Shown: positions 1 through 13,728 of the stretch, piece by piece
How the letters are laid out: each line of letters starts with the position of its first letter
Numbering within the stretch: the first letter of the stretch is position 1
DNA from: Auanema rhodensis
Lineage: Eukaryota > Animalia > Nematoda
Reading direction: 5' to 3'
NCBI GenBank assembly: GCA_964057225.1
Contig: CAXKVF010000075.1
Location: forward strand, 682,001 to 746,000
Length of the DNA stretch: 64,000 nt
Position numbers and translations under genes: made by a program
The notes under the pieces: model-generated
Told to the model about the DNA's origin: nothing
The model's input: only the letters and a program-made list of their open reading frames with translations
The model's database searches: none

Positions 1-66
1 CGGTTTTCAAAATTAGATTCCCCATGTCCATATTAGTCTAAAAACGAATTTTTATTGATATTGGTG

Positions 67-79
67 CATGGTAACCATG
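67..79. other. Dyad symmetry CATGGT-A-ACCATG in each monomer (extends to TCATGGT-A-ACCATGA in G66T monomers)
   Basis: CATGGT is the reverse complement of ACCATG, with a 1-nt centre; the site includes BstEII GGTNACC. Confidence 0.9.
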
Positions 80-153
80 ACTTTGAAATTTACGTGAACT
101 TTAATTTATGCTAATTAAATGTACACGTGATGTGCACTTGGTATGTAACTCGC

Positions 154-163
154 TTCACGTGAA
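154..163. promoter_or_regulatory. Perfect 10-bp palindrome TTCACGTGAA containing a class-B E-box/G-box (CACGTG); present in nearly every monomer; function unproven
   Basis: Read directly. CACGTG is the established core for bHLH-ZIP factors (MYC/MAX, USF, MiT/TFE, yeast Cbf1) and the plant G-box. Binding in this array is not demonstrated. Confidence 0.35.
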
Positions 164-880
164 AGATAAAGAGATGCGGTTTTCAAAATTAGATTCCCCA
201 TGTCCATATTAGTCTAAAAACAAATTTTTATTGATATTGGTGCATGGTAACCATGACTTTGAAATTTACGTGAACTTTAATTTATGCTAATTAAATGTAC
301 ACGTGATGTGCACTTGGTATGTAACTCGCTTCACGTGAGAGATAAAGAGATGCGGTTTTCAAAATTAGATTCCCCATGTCCATATTAGTCTAAAAACAAA
401 TTTTTATTGATATTGGTGCATGGTAACCATGACTTTGAATTTTACGTGAACTTTAATTTATGCTAATTAAATGTACACTTGATGTGCACTTGGTATGTAA
501 CTCGCTTCACGTGAAAGATAAAGAGATGCGGTTTTCAAAATTAGATTCCCCATGTCCATATTAGTCTAAAAACAAATTTTTATTGATATTGGTGCATGGT
601 AACCATGACTTTGAAATTTACGTGAACTTTAATTTATGCTAATTAAATGTACACGTGATGTGCACTTGGTATGTAACTCGCTTCACGTGAAAGATAAAGA
701 GATGCGGTTTTCAAAATTAGATTCCCCATGTCCATATTAGTCTAAAAACAGATTTTTATTGATATTGGTGCATGGTAACCATGACTTTGAAATTTACGTG
801 AACTTTAATTTATGCTAATTAAATGTACACGTGATGTGCACTTGGTATGTAACTCGCTTCACGTGAGAGATAAAGAGATG

Positions 881-3800
881 CGGTTTTCAAAATTAGATTC
901 CCCATGTCCATATTAGTCTAAAAACAAATTTTTATTGATATTGGTGCATGGTAACCATGACTTTGAATTTTACGTGAACTTTAATTTATGCTAATTAAAT
1001 GTACACTTGATGTGCACTTGGTATGTAACTCGCTTCACGTGAAAGATAAAGAGATGCGGTTTTCAAAATTAGATTCCCCATGTCCATATTAGTCTAAAAA
1101 CAAATTTTTATTGATATTGGTGCATGGTAACCATGACTTTGAAATTTACGTGAACTTTAATTTATGCTAATTAAATGTACACGTGATGTGCACTTGGTAT
1201 GTAACTCGCTTCACGTGAAAGATAAAGAGATGCGGTTTTCAAAATTAGATTCCCCATGTCCATATTAGTCTAAAAACAGATTTGTATTGATATTGGTTCA
1301 TGGTAACCATGACTTTGAAATTTACGTGAACTTTAATTTATGCTAATTAAATGTACACGTGATGTGCACTTGGTATGTAACTCGCTTCACGTGAAAGATA
1401 AAGAGATGCGGTTTTCAAAATTAGATTCCCCATGTCCATATTAGTCTAAAAACAAATTTTTATTGATATTGCTTCATGGTAACCATGACTTTGAAATTTA
1501 CGTGAACTTTAATTTATGCTAATTAAATGTACACGTGATGTGCACTTGGTATGTAACTCGCTTCACGTGAAAGATAAAGAGATGCGGTTTTCAAAATTAG
1601 ATTCCCCATTTCCATATTAGTCTAAAAACAAATTTTTATTGATATTAGTGCATGGTAACCATGACTTTGAAATTTACGTGAACTTTAATTTATGCTAATT
1701 AAATGTACACGTGATGTGCACTCGGTATGTAACTCGCTTCACGTGAAAGATAAAGACATGCGGTTTTCAAAATTAGATTCCCCATGTCCATATTAGTCTA
1801 AAAACAAATTTTTATTGATATTGGTGCATGGTAACCATGACTTTGAAATTTACGTGAACTTTAATTTATGCTAATTAAATGTACACGTGATGTGCACTTG
1901 GTATGTAACTCGCTTCACGTGAAAGATAAAGAGATGCGGTTTTCAAAATTAGATTCCCCATGTCCATATTAGTCTAAAAACAAATTTTTATTGATATTGG
2001 TGCATGGTAACCATGACTTTGAAATTTACGTGAACTTTAATTTATGCTAATTAAATGTACACGTGATGTGCACTTGGTATGTAACTCGCTTCACGTGAAA
2101 GATAAAGAGATGCGGTTTTCAAAATTAGATTCCCCATGTCCATATTAGTCTAAAAACAAATTTTTATTGATATTGGTGCATGGTAACCATGACTTTGAAT
2201 TTTACGTGAACTTTAATTTATGCTAATTAAATGTACACTTGATGTGCACTTGGTATGTAACTCGCTTCACGTGAAAGATAAAGAGATGCGGTTTTCAAAA
2301 TTAGATTCCCCATGTCCATATTAGTCTAAAAACAAATTTTTATTGATATTGGTGCATGGTAACCATGACTTTGAAATTTACGTGAACTTTAATTTATGCT
2401 AATTAAATGTACACGTGATGTGCACTTGGTATGTAACTCGCTTCACGTGAAAGATAAAGAGATGCGGTTTTCAAAATTAGATTCCCCATGTCCATATTAG
2501 TCTAAAAACAGATTTTTATTGATATTGGTTCATGGTAACCATGACTTTGAAATTTACGTGAACTTTAATTTATGCTAATTAAATGTACACGTGATGTGCA
2601 CTTGGTATGTAACTCGCTTCACGTGAAAGATAAAGAGATGCGGTTTTCAAAATTAGATTCCCCATGTCCATATTAGTCTAAAAACAAATTTTTATTGATA
2701 TTGCTTCATGATAACCATGACTTTGAAATTTACCTGAACTTTAATTTATGCTAATTAAATGTACACGTGATGTGCACTTGGTATGTAACTCGCTTCACGT
2801 GAAAGATAAAGAGATGCGGTTTTCAAAATTAGATTCCCCATGTCCATATTAGTCTAAAAACAAATTTTTATTGATATTGGTGCATGGTAACCATGACTTT
2901 GAAATTTACGTGAACTTTAATTTATGCTAATTAAATGTACACGTGATGTGCACTCGGTATGTAACTCGCTTCACGTGAAAGATAAAGACATGCGGTTTTC
3001 AAAATTAGATTCCCCATGTCCATATTAGTCTAAAAACAAATTTTTATTGATATTGGTGCATGGTAACCATGACTTTGAAATTTACGTGAACTTTAATTTA
3101 TGCTAATTAAATGTACACGTGATGTGCACTTGTTATGTAACTCGCTTCACGTGAAAGATAAAGAGATGCGGTTTTCAAAATTAGATTCCCCATGTCCATG
3201 TTAGTCTAAAATCAAATTTTTATTGATATTGGTGCATGGTAACCATGACTTTGAAATTTACGTGAACTTTAATTTATGCTAATTAAATGTACACGTGATG
3301 TGCACTTGGTATGTAACTCGCTTCACGTGAAAGATAAAGAGATGCGGTTTTCAAAATTAGATTCCCCATGTCCATATTAGTCTAAAAACAAATTTTTATT
3401 GATATTGGTGCATGGTAACCATGACTTTGAATTTTACGTGAACTTTAATTTATGCTAATTAAATGTACACTTGATGTGCACTTGGTATGTAACTCGCTTC
3501 ACGTGAAAGATAAAGAGATGCGGTTTTCAAAATTAGATTCCCCATGTCCATATTAGTCTAAAAACAAATTTTTATTGATATTGGTGCATGGTAACCATGA
3601 CTTTGAAATTTACGTGAACTTTAATTTATGCTAATTAAATGTACACGTGATGTGCACTTGGTATGTAACTCGCTTCACGTGAAAGATAAAGAGATGCGGT
3701 TTTCAAAATTAGATTCCCCATGTCCATATTAGTCTAAAAACAGATTTTTATTGATATTGGTTCATGGTAACCATGACTTTGAAATTTACGTGAACTTTAA

Positions 3801-6512
3801 TTTATGCTAATTAAATGTACACGTGATGTGCACTTGGTATGTAACTCGCTTCACGTGAAAGATAAAGAGATGCGGTTTTCAAAATTAGATTCCCCATGTC
3901 CATATTAGTCTAAAAACAAATTTTTATTGATATTGCTTCATGATAACCATGACTTTGAAATTTACCTGAACTTTAATTTATGCTAATTAAATGTACACGT
4001 GATGTGCACTTGGTATGTAACTCGCTTCACGTGAAAGATAAAGAGATGCGGTTTTCAAAATTAGATTCCCCATGTCCATATTAGTCTAAAAACAAATTTT
4101 TATTGATATTGGTGCATGGTAACCATGACTTTGAAATTTACGTGAACTTTAATTTATGCTAATTAAATGTACACGTGATGTGCACTCGGTATGTAACTCG
4201 CTTCACGTGAAAGATAAAGACATGCGGTTTTCAAAATTAGATTCCCCATGTCCATATTAGTCTAAAAACAAATTTTTATTGATATTGGTGCATGGTAACC
4301 ATGACTTTGAAATTTACGTGAACTTTAATTTATGCTAATTAAATGTACACGTGATGTGCACTTGGTATGTAACTCGCTTCACGTGAAAGATAAAGAGATG
4401 CGGTTTTCAAAATTAGATTCCCCATGTCCATATTAGTCTAAAAACGAATTTTTATTTATATTGGTGCATGGTAACCACGACTTTGAAATTTACGTGAACT
4501 TTAATTTATGCTAATTAAATGTACACGTGATGTGCACTTGGTATGTAACTCGCTTCACGTGAAAGATAAAGAGATGCGGTTTTCGAAATTAGATTCCCCA
4601 TGTCCATATTAGTCTAAAAACAAATTTTTATTGATATTGGTGCATGGTAACCATGACTTTGAATTTTACGTGAACTTTAATTTATGCTAATTAAATGTAC
4701 ACGTGATGTGCACTTGGTATGTAACTCGCTTCACGTGAAAGATAGAGAGATGCGGTTTTCAAAATTAGATTCCCCATGTCCATATTAGTCTAAAAACAGA
4801 TTTGTATTGATATTGGTTCATGGTAACCATGACTTTGAAATTTACGTGAACTTTAATTTATGCTAATTAAATGTACACGTGATGTGCACTTGGTATGTAA
4901 CTCGCTTCACGTGAAAGATAAAGAGATGCGGTTTTCAAAATTAGATTCCCCATGTCCATATTAGTCTAAAAACAAATTTTTATTGATATTGCTTCATGGT
5001 AACCATGACTTTGAAATTTACGTGAACTTTAATTTATGCTAATTAAATGTACACGTGATGTGCACTTGGTATGTAACTCGCTTCACGTGAAAGATAAAGA
5101 GATGCGGTTTTCAAAATTAGATTCCCCATTTCCATATTAGTCTAAAAACAAATTTTTATTGATATTAGTGCATGGTAACCATGACTTTGAAATTTACGTG
5201 AACTTTAATTTATGCTAATTAAATGTACACGTGATGTGCACTCGGTATGTAACTCGCTTCACGTGAAAGATAAAGACATGCGGTTTTCAAAATTAGATTC
5301 CCCATGTCCATATTAGTCTAAAAACAAATTTTTATTGATATTGGTGCATGGTAACCATGACTTTGAAATTTACGTGAACTTTAATTTATGCTAATTAAAT
5401 GTACACGTGATGTGCACTTGGTATGTAACTCGCTTCACGTGAAAGATAAAGAGATGCGGTTTTCAAAATTAGATTCCCCATGTCCATATTAGTCTAAAAA
5501 CAAATTTTTATTGATATTGGTGCATGGTAACCATGACTTTGAAATTTACGTGAACTTTAATTTATGCTAATTAAATGTACACGTGATGTGCACTTGGTAT
5601 GTAACTCGCTTCACGTGAAAGATAAAGAGATGCGGTTTTCAAAATTAGATTCCCCATGTCCATATTAGTCTAAAAACAAATTTTTATTGATATTGGTGCA
5701 TGGTAACCATGACTTTGAATTTTACGTGAACTTTAATTTATGCTAATTAAATGTACACTTGATGTGCACTTGGTATGTAACTCGCTTCACGTGAAAGATA
5801 AAGAGATGCGGTTTTCAAAATTAGATTCCCCATGTCCATATTAGTCTAAAAACAAATTTTTATTGATATTGGTGCATGGTAACCATGACTTTGAAATTTA
5901 CGTGAACTTTAATTTATGCTAATTAAATGTACACGTGATGTGCACTTGGTATGTAACTCGCTTCACGTGAAAGATAAAGAGATGCGGTTTTCAAAATTAG
6001 ATTCCCCATGTCCATATTAGTCTAAAAACAGATTTTTATTGATATTGGTTCATGGTAACCATGACTTTGAAATTTACGTGAACTTTAATTTATGCTAATT
6101 AAATGTACACGTGATGTGCACTTGGTATGTAACTCGCTTCACGTGAAAGATAAAGAGATGCGGTTTTCAAAATTAGATTCCCCATGTCCATATTAGTCTA
6201 AAAACAAATTTTTATTGATATTGCTTCATGATAACCATGACTTTGAAATTTACGTGAACTTTAATTTATGCTAATTAAATGTACACGTGATGTGCACTTG
6301 GTATGTAACTCGCTTCACGTGAAAGATAAAGAGATGCGGTTTTCAAAATTAGATTCCCCATGTCCATATTAGTCTAAAAACAAATTTTTATTGATATTGG
6401 TGCATGGTAACCATGACTTTGAAATTTACGTGAACTTTAATTTATGCTAATTAAATGTACACGTGATGTGCACTCGGTATGTAACTCGCTTCACGTGAAA
6501 GATAAAGACATG
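881..6512 (+). repeat. Left-domain ~7-monomer (1232 bp) higher-order repeat
   Basis: Linked markers cactCgg+gaCatg occur in monomers starting 1585, 2817, 4049, 5105, 6337 (spacing 7,7,6,7 monomers). A88T+G127T monomers occur at 881, 2113, 3345, 5633, and A47G monomers at 1233, 2465, 3697, 4753, 5985. Confidence 0.85.
1233..6512 (+). repeat. 10-monomer block copied at a 20-monomer (3520 bp) offset: 1233-2992 vs 4753-6512
   Basis: Rare markers are shared at an exact 3520 offset: tttGtattg, cccatTtcc (1610/5130), attAgtg, catgAtaacc. One difference was noted (G94C at 2734 is absent in the copy). Confidence 0.85.
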
Positions 6513-9500
6513 CGGTTTTCAAAATTAGATTCCCCATGTCCATATTAGTCTAAAAACAAATTTTTATTGATATTGGTGCATGGTAACCATGACTTTGAAA
6601 TTTACGTGAACTTTAATTTATGCTAATTAAATGTACACGTGATGTGCACTTGGTATGAAACTCGCTTCACGTGAAAGATAAAGAGATACGGTTTTCAAAA
6701 TTAGATTCCCCATGTCCATATTAGTCTAAAAACAAATTTTTATTGATATTGGTGCATGGTAACCATGACTTTGAAATTTACGTGAACTTTAATTTATGCT
6801 AATTAAATGTACACGTGATGTGCACTTGGTATGTAACTCGCTTCACGTGAAAGATAAAGAGATGCGGTTTTCAAAATTAGATTCCCCATGTCCATATTAG
6901 TCTTAAAACAAATTTTTATTGATATTGGTGCATGGTAACCATGACTTTGAAATTTACGTGAACTTTAATTTATGCTAATTAAATGTACACGTGATGTGCA
7001 CTTGGTATGTAACTCGCTTCACGTGAAAGATGAAGAGATGCGGTTTTCAAAATTAGATTCCCCATGTCCATATTAGTCTAAAAACAAATTTTTATTGATA
7101 TTGGTTCATGGTAACCATGACTTTGAAATTTACGTGAACTTTAATTTATGCTAATTAAATGTACACGTGATGTGCACTTGGTATGTAACTCGCTTCACGT
7201 GAAAGATAAAGAGATGCGGTTTTCAAAATTAGATTCCCCATGTCCATATTAGTCTAAAAACAAATTTTTATTGATATTGGTGCATGGTAACCATGACTTT
7301 GAAATTTACGTGAACTTTAATTTATGCTAATTAAATGTACACGTGATGTGCACTTGGTATGTAACTCGCTTCACGTGAAAGATAAAGAGATGCGGTTTTC
7401 AAAATTAGATTCCCCATGTCCATATTAGTCTAAAAACAAATTTTTATTGATATTGGTTCATGGTAACCATGACTTTGAAATTTACGTGAACTTTAATTTA
7501 TGCTAATTAAATGTACACGTGATGTGCACTTGGTATGTAACTCGCTTCACGTGAAAGATAAAGAGATGCGGTTTTCAAAATTAGATTCCCCATGTCCATA
7601 TTAGTCTAAAAACAAATTTTTATTGATATTGGTGCATGGTAACCATGACTTTGAAATTTACGTGAACTTTAATTTATGCTAATTAAATGTACACGTGATG
7701 TGCACTTGGTATGTAACTCGCTTCACGTGAAAGATAAAGAGATGCGGTTTTCAAAATTAGATTCCCCATGTCCATATTAGTCTAAAAACAAATTTTTATT
7801 GATATTGGTTCATGGTAACCATGACTTTGAAATTTACGTGAACTTTAATTTATGCTAATTAAATGTACACGTGATGTGCACTTGGTATGTAACTAGCTTC
7901 ACGTGAAAGATAAAGAGATGCGGTTTTCAATATTAGATTCCCCATGTCCATATTAGTCTAAAAACAAATTTTTATTGATATTGGTGCATGGTAACCATGA
8001 CTTTGAAATTTACGTGAACTTTAATTTATGCTAATTAAATGTACACGTGATGTGCACTTGGTATGTAACTCGCTTCACGTGAAAGATAAAGAGATGCGGT
8101 TTTCAAAATTAGATTCCCCATGTCCATATTAGTCTAAAAACAAATTTTTATTGATATTGGTGCATGGTAACCATGACTTTGAAATTTACGTGAACTTTAA
8201 TTTATGCTAATTAAATGTACACGTGATGTGCACTTGGTATGTAACTCGCTTCACGTGAAAGATAAAGAGATGCGGTTTTCAAAATTAGATTCCCCATGTC
8301 CATATTAGTCTAAAAACAAATTTCTATTGATATTGGTTCATGGTAACCATGACTTTGAAATTTACGTGAACTTTAATTTATGCTAATTAAATGTACACGT
8401 GATGTGCACTTGGTATGTAACTCGCTTCACGTGAAAGATAAAGAGATGCGGTTTTCAAAATTAGATTCCCCATGTCCATATTAGTCTAAAAACAAATTTT
8501 TATTGATATTGGTGCATGGTAACCATGACTTTGAAATTTACGTGAACTTTAATTTATGCTAATTAAATGTACACGTGATGTGCACTTGGTATGTAACTCG
8601 CTTCACGTGAAAGATGAAGAGATGCGGTTTTCAAAATTAGATTCCCCATGTCCATATTAGTCTAAAAACAAATTTTTATTGATATTGGTGCATGGTAACC
8701 ATGACTTTGAAATTTACGTGAACTTTAATTTATGCTAATTAAATGTACACGTGATGTGCACTTGGTATGTAACTCGCTTCACGTGAAAGATAAAGAGATG
8801 CGGTTTTCAAAATTAGATTCCCCATGTCCATATTAGTCTAAAAACAAATTTTTATTGATATTGGTTCATGGTAACCATGACTTTGAAATTTAGGTGAACT
8901 TTAATTTATGCTAATTAAATGTACACGTGATGTGCACTTGGTATGTAACTCGCTTCACGTGAAAGATAAAGAGATGCGGTTTTCAAAATTAGATTCCCCA
9001 TGTCCATATTAGTCTAAAAACAAATTTTTATTGATATTGGTGCATGGTAACCATGACTTTGAAATTTACGTGAACTTTAATTTATGCTAATTAAATGTAC
9101 ACGTGATGTGCACTTGGTATGTAACTCGCTTCACGTGAAAGATAAAGAGATGCGGTTTTCAAAATTAGATTCCCCATGTCCATATTAGTCTAAAAACAAA
9201 TGTTTATTGATATTGGTGCATGGTAACCATGACTTTGAAATTTACGTGAACTTTAATTTATGCTAATTAAATGTACACGTGATGTGCACTTGGTATGTAA
9301 CTCGCTTCACGTGAAAGATAAAGAGATGCGGTTTTCAAAATTAGATTCCCCATGTCCATATTAGTCTAAAAACAAATTTTTATTGATATTGGTGCATGGT
9401 AACCATGACTTTGAAATTTACGTGAACTTTAATTTATGCTAATTAAATGTACACGTGATGTGCACTTGGTATGTAACTTGCTTCACGTGAAAGATAAAGA

Positions 9501-12500
9501 GATGCGGTTTTCAAAATTAGATTCCCCATGTCCATATTAGTCTAAAAACAAATTTTTATTGATATTGGTGCATGGTAACCATGACTTTGAAATTTACGTG
9601 AACTTTAATTTATGCTAATTAAATGTACACGTGATGTGCACTTGGTATGTAACTCGCTTCACGTGAAAGATGAAGAGATGCGGTTTTCAAAATTAGATTC
9701 CCCATGTCCATATTAGTCTAAAAACAAATTTTTATTGATATTGGTGCATGGTAACCATGACTTTGAAATTTACGTGAACTTTAATTTATGCTAATTAAAT
9801 GTACACGTGATGTGCACTTGGTATGTAACTCGCTTCACGTGAAAGATGAAGAGATGCGGTTTTCAAAATTAGATTCCCCATGTCCATATTAGTCTAAAAA
9901 CAAATTTTTATTGATATTGGTGCATGGTAACCATGACTTTGAAATTTACGTGAACTTTAATTTATGCTAATTAAATGTACACGTGATGTGCACTTGGTAT
10001 GTAACTCTCTTCACGTGAAAGATAAAGAGATGCGGTTTTCAAAATTAGATTCCCCATGTCCATATTAGTCTAAAAACAAATTTTTATTGATATTGGTGCA
10101 TGGTAACCATGACTTTGAAATTTACGTGAACTTTAATTTATGCTAATTAAATGTACACGTGATGTGCACTTGGTATGTAACTCGCTTCACGTGAAAGATA
10201 AAGAGATGCGGTTTTCAAAATTAGATTCCCCATGTCCATATTAGTCTAAAAACAAATTTTTATTGATATTGGTGCATGGTAACCATGACTTTGAAATTTA
10301 CGTGAACTTTAATTTATGCTAATTAAATGTACACGTGATGTGCACTTGGTATGTAACTCGCTTCACGTGAAAGATAAAGAGATGCGGTTTTCAAAATTAG
10401 ATTCCCCATGTCCATATTAGTCTACAAACAAATTTTTATTGATATTGGTTCATGGTAACCATGACTTTGAAATTTACGTGAACTTTAATTTATGCTAATT
10501 AAATGTACACGTGATGTGCACTTGGTATGTAACTCGCTTCACGTGAAAGATAAAGAGATGCGGTTTTCAAAATTAGATTCCCCATGTCCATATTAGTCTA
10601 AAAACAAATTTTTATTGATATTGGTGCATGGTAACCATGACTTTGAAATTTACGTGAACTTTAATTTATGCTAATTAAATGTACACGTGATGTGCACTTG
10701 GTATGTAACTCGCTTCACGTGAAAGATAAAGAGATGCGGTTTTCAAAATTAGATTCCCCATGTCCATATTAGTCTAAAAACAAATTTTTATTGATATTGG
10801 TTCATGGTAACCATGACTTTGAAATTTACGTGAACTTTAATTTATGCTAATTAAATGTACACGTGATGTGCACTTGGTATGTAACTCGCTTCACGTGAAA
10901 GATAAAGAGATGCGGTTTTCAAAATTAGATTCCCCATGTCCATATTAGTCTAAAAACAAATTTTTATTGATATTGGTGCATGGTAACCATGACTTTGAAA
11001 TTTACGTGAACTTTAATTTATGCTAATTAAATGTACACGTGATGTGCACTTGGTATGTAACTCGCTTCACGTGAAAGATAAAGAGATGCGGTTTTCAAAA
11101 TTAGATTCCCCATGTCCATATTAGTCTAAAAACAAATTTTTATTGATATTGGTTCATGGTAACCATGACTTTGAAATTTACGTGAACTTTAATTTATGCT
11201 AATTAAATGTACACGTGATGTGCACTTGGTATGTAACTCGCTTAACGTGAAAGATAAAGAGATGCGGTTTTCAAAATTAGATTCCCCATGTCCATATTAG
11301 TCTAAAAACAAATTTTTATTGATATTGGTGCATGGTAACCATGACTTTGAAATTTACGTGAACTTTAATTTATGCTAATTAAATGTACACGTGATGTGCA
11401 CTTGGTATGTAACTCGCTTCACGTGAAAGATAAAGAGATGCGGTTTTCAAAATTAGATTCCCCATGTCCATATTAGTCTAAAAACAAATTTTTATTGATA
11501 TTGGTGCATGGTAACCATGACTTTGAAATTTACGTGAACTTTAATTTATGCTAATTAAATGTACACGTGATGTGCACTTGGTATGTAACTCGCTTCACGT
11601 GAAAGATAAAGAGATGCGGTTTTCAAAATTAGATTCCCCATGTCCATATTAGTCTAAAAACAAATTTTTATTGATATTGGTTCATGGTAACCATGACTTT
11701 GAAATTTACGTGAACTTTAATTTATGCTAATTAAATGTACACGTGATGTGCACTTGGTATGTAACTCGCTTCACGTGAAAGATAAAGAGATGCGGTTTTC
11801 AAAATTAGATTCCCCATGTCCATATTAGTCTAAAAACAAATTTTTATTGATATTGGTTCATGGTAACCATGACTTTGAAATTTACGTGAACTTTAATTTA
11901 TGCTAATTAAATGTACACGTGATGTGCACTTGGTATGTAACTCGCTTCACGTGAAAGATAAAGAGATGCGGTTTTCAAAATTAGATTCCCCATGTCCATA
12001 TTAGTCTAAAAACAAATTTTTATTGATATTGGTGCATGGTAACCATGACTTTGAAATTTACGTGAACTTTAATTTATGCTAATTAAATGTACACGTGATG
12101 TGCACTTGGTATGTAACTCGCTTCACGTGAAAGATAAAGAGATGCGGTTTTCAAAATTAGATTCCCCATGTCCATATTAGTCTAAAAACAAATTTTTATT
12201 GATATTGGTGCATGGTAACCATGACTTTGAAATTTACGTGAACTTTAATTTATGCTAATTAAATGTACACGTGATGTGCACTTGGTATGTAACTCGCTTC
12301 ACGTGAAAGATAAAGAGATGCGGTTTTCAAAATTAGATTCCCCATGTCGATATTAGTCTAAAAACAAATTTTTATTGATATTGGTTCATGGTAACCATGA
12401 CTTTGAAATTTACGTGAACTTTAATTTATGCTAATTAAATGTACACGTGATGTGCACTTGGTATGTAACTCGCTTCACGTGAAAGATAAAGAGATGCGGT

Positions 12501-13728
12501 TTTCAAAATTAGATTCCCCATGTCCATATTAGTCTAAAAACAAATTTTTATTGATATTGGTGCATGGTAACCATGACTTTGAAATTTACGTGAACTTTAA
12601 TTTATGCTAATTAAATGTACACGTGATGTGCACTTGGTATGTAACTCGCTTCACGTGAAAGATAAAGAGATGCGGTTTTCAAAATTAGATTCCCCATGTC
12701 CATATTAGTCTAAAAACAAATTTTTATTGATATTGGTGCATGGTAACCATGACTTTGAAATTTACGTGAACTTTAATTTATGCTAATTAAATGTACACGT
12801 GATGTGCACTTGGTATGTAACTCGCTTCACGTGAAAGATAAAGAGATGCGGTTTTCAAAATTAGATTCCCCATGTCCATATTAGTCTAAAAACAAATTTT
12901 TATTGATATTGGTTCATGGTAACCATGACTTTGAAATTTACGTGAACTTTAATTTATGCTAATTAAATGTACACGTGATGTGCACTTGGTATGTAACTCG
13001 CTTCACGTGAAAGATAAAGAGATGCGGTTTTTAAAATTAGATTCCCCATGTCCATATTAGTCTAAAAACAAATTTTTATTGATATTGGTGCATGGTAACC
13101 ATGACTTTGAAATTTACGTGAACTTTAATTTATGATAATTAAATGTACACGTGATGTGCATTTGGTATGTAACTCGCTTCACGTGAAAGATAAAGAGATG
13201 CGGTTTTCAAAATTAGATTCCCCATGTCCATATTAGTCTAAAAACAAATTTTTATTGATATTGGTTCATGGTAACCATGACTTTAAAATTTACGTGAACT
13301 TTAATTTATGCTAATTAAATGTACACGTGATGTGCACTTGGTATGTAACTCGCTTCACGTGAAAGATAAAGAGATGCGGTTTTCAAAATTAGATTCCCCA
13401 TGTCCATATTAGTCTAAAAACAAATTTTTATTGATATTGGTGCATGGTAACCATGACTTTGAAATTTACGTGAACTTTAATTTATGCTAATTAAATGTAC
13501 ACGTGATGTGCACTTGGTATGTAACTCGCTTCACGTGAAAGATAAAGAGATGCGGTTTTCAAAATTAGATTCCCCATGTCCATATTAGTCTAAAAACAAA
13601 TTTTTATTGATATTGGTGCATGGTAACCATGACTTTGAAATTTACGTGAACTTTAATTTATGCTAATTAAATGTACACGTGATGTGCACTTGGTATGTAA
13701 CTCGCTTCACGTGAAAGATAAAGAGATG

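Larger units (their letters stand above)
1..176 (+). repeat. Reference 176-bp monomer (this copy carries A46G relative to consensus)
   Basis: Read directly: 57/176 G+C in the consensus. It contains BstEII GGTAACC (70-76), BsrGI TGTACA (120-125), CACGTG twice (124-129, 156-161) and ApaLI GTGCAC (132-137). Confidence 0.98.

Noticed and set aside
13-41. Telomeric repeat remnants (TTAG twice)
   Set aside because: No TTAGG or TTAGGG units and no tandem arrangement.
38-131. Budding-yeast point-centromere mimic on the minus strand (CDEI ATCACGTG, ~77 bp, then TGTTTTTAG)
   Set aside because: The intervening segment is only roughly 75-80% AT (CDEII is >90%), and the essential CDEIII CCG core (TTTCCGAA) is absent at the required position. 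Only the CDEI-like 8-mer matches.
1-176. Identity with known similar-length satellites (Brassica CentBr 176, honeybee AluI 176, Arabidopsis CEN178, primate alpha 171)
   Set aside because: The match is in length only. The consensus lacks AAGCTT and AGCT sites (AGCT appears only as a singleton at 7895), and I recognise no sequence similarity. A database search is needed to settle it.
1-176. Tandem 5S rRNA, tRNA, snRNA or spliced-leader gene array
   Set aside because: No recognisable 5S/tRNA sequence, Pol III A/B/C boxes, cloverleaf or SL/Sm context. The low GC and uniform conservation do not show a gene-plus-spacer pattern.
148-180. CENP-B box
   Set aside because: The required TTCG....A..CGGG core is absent from the consensus on both strands.
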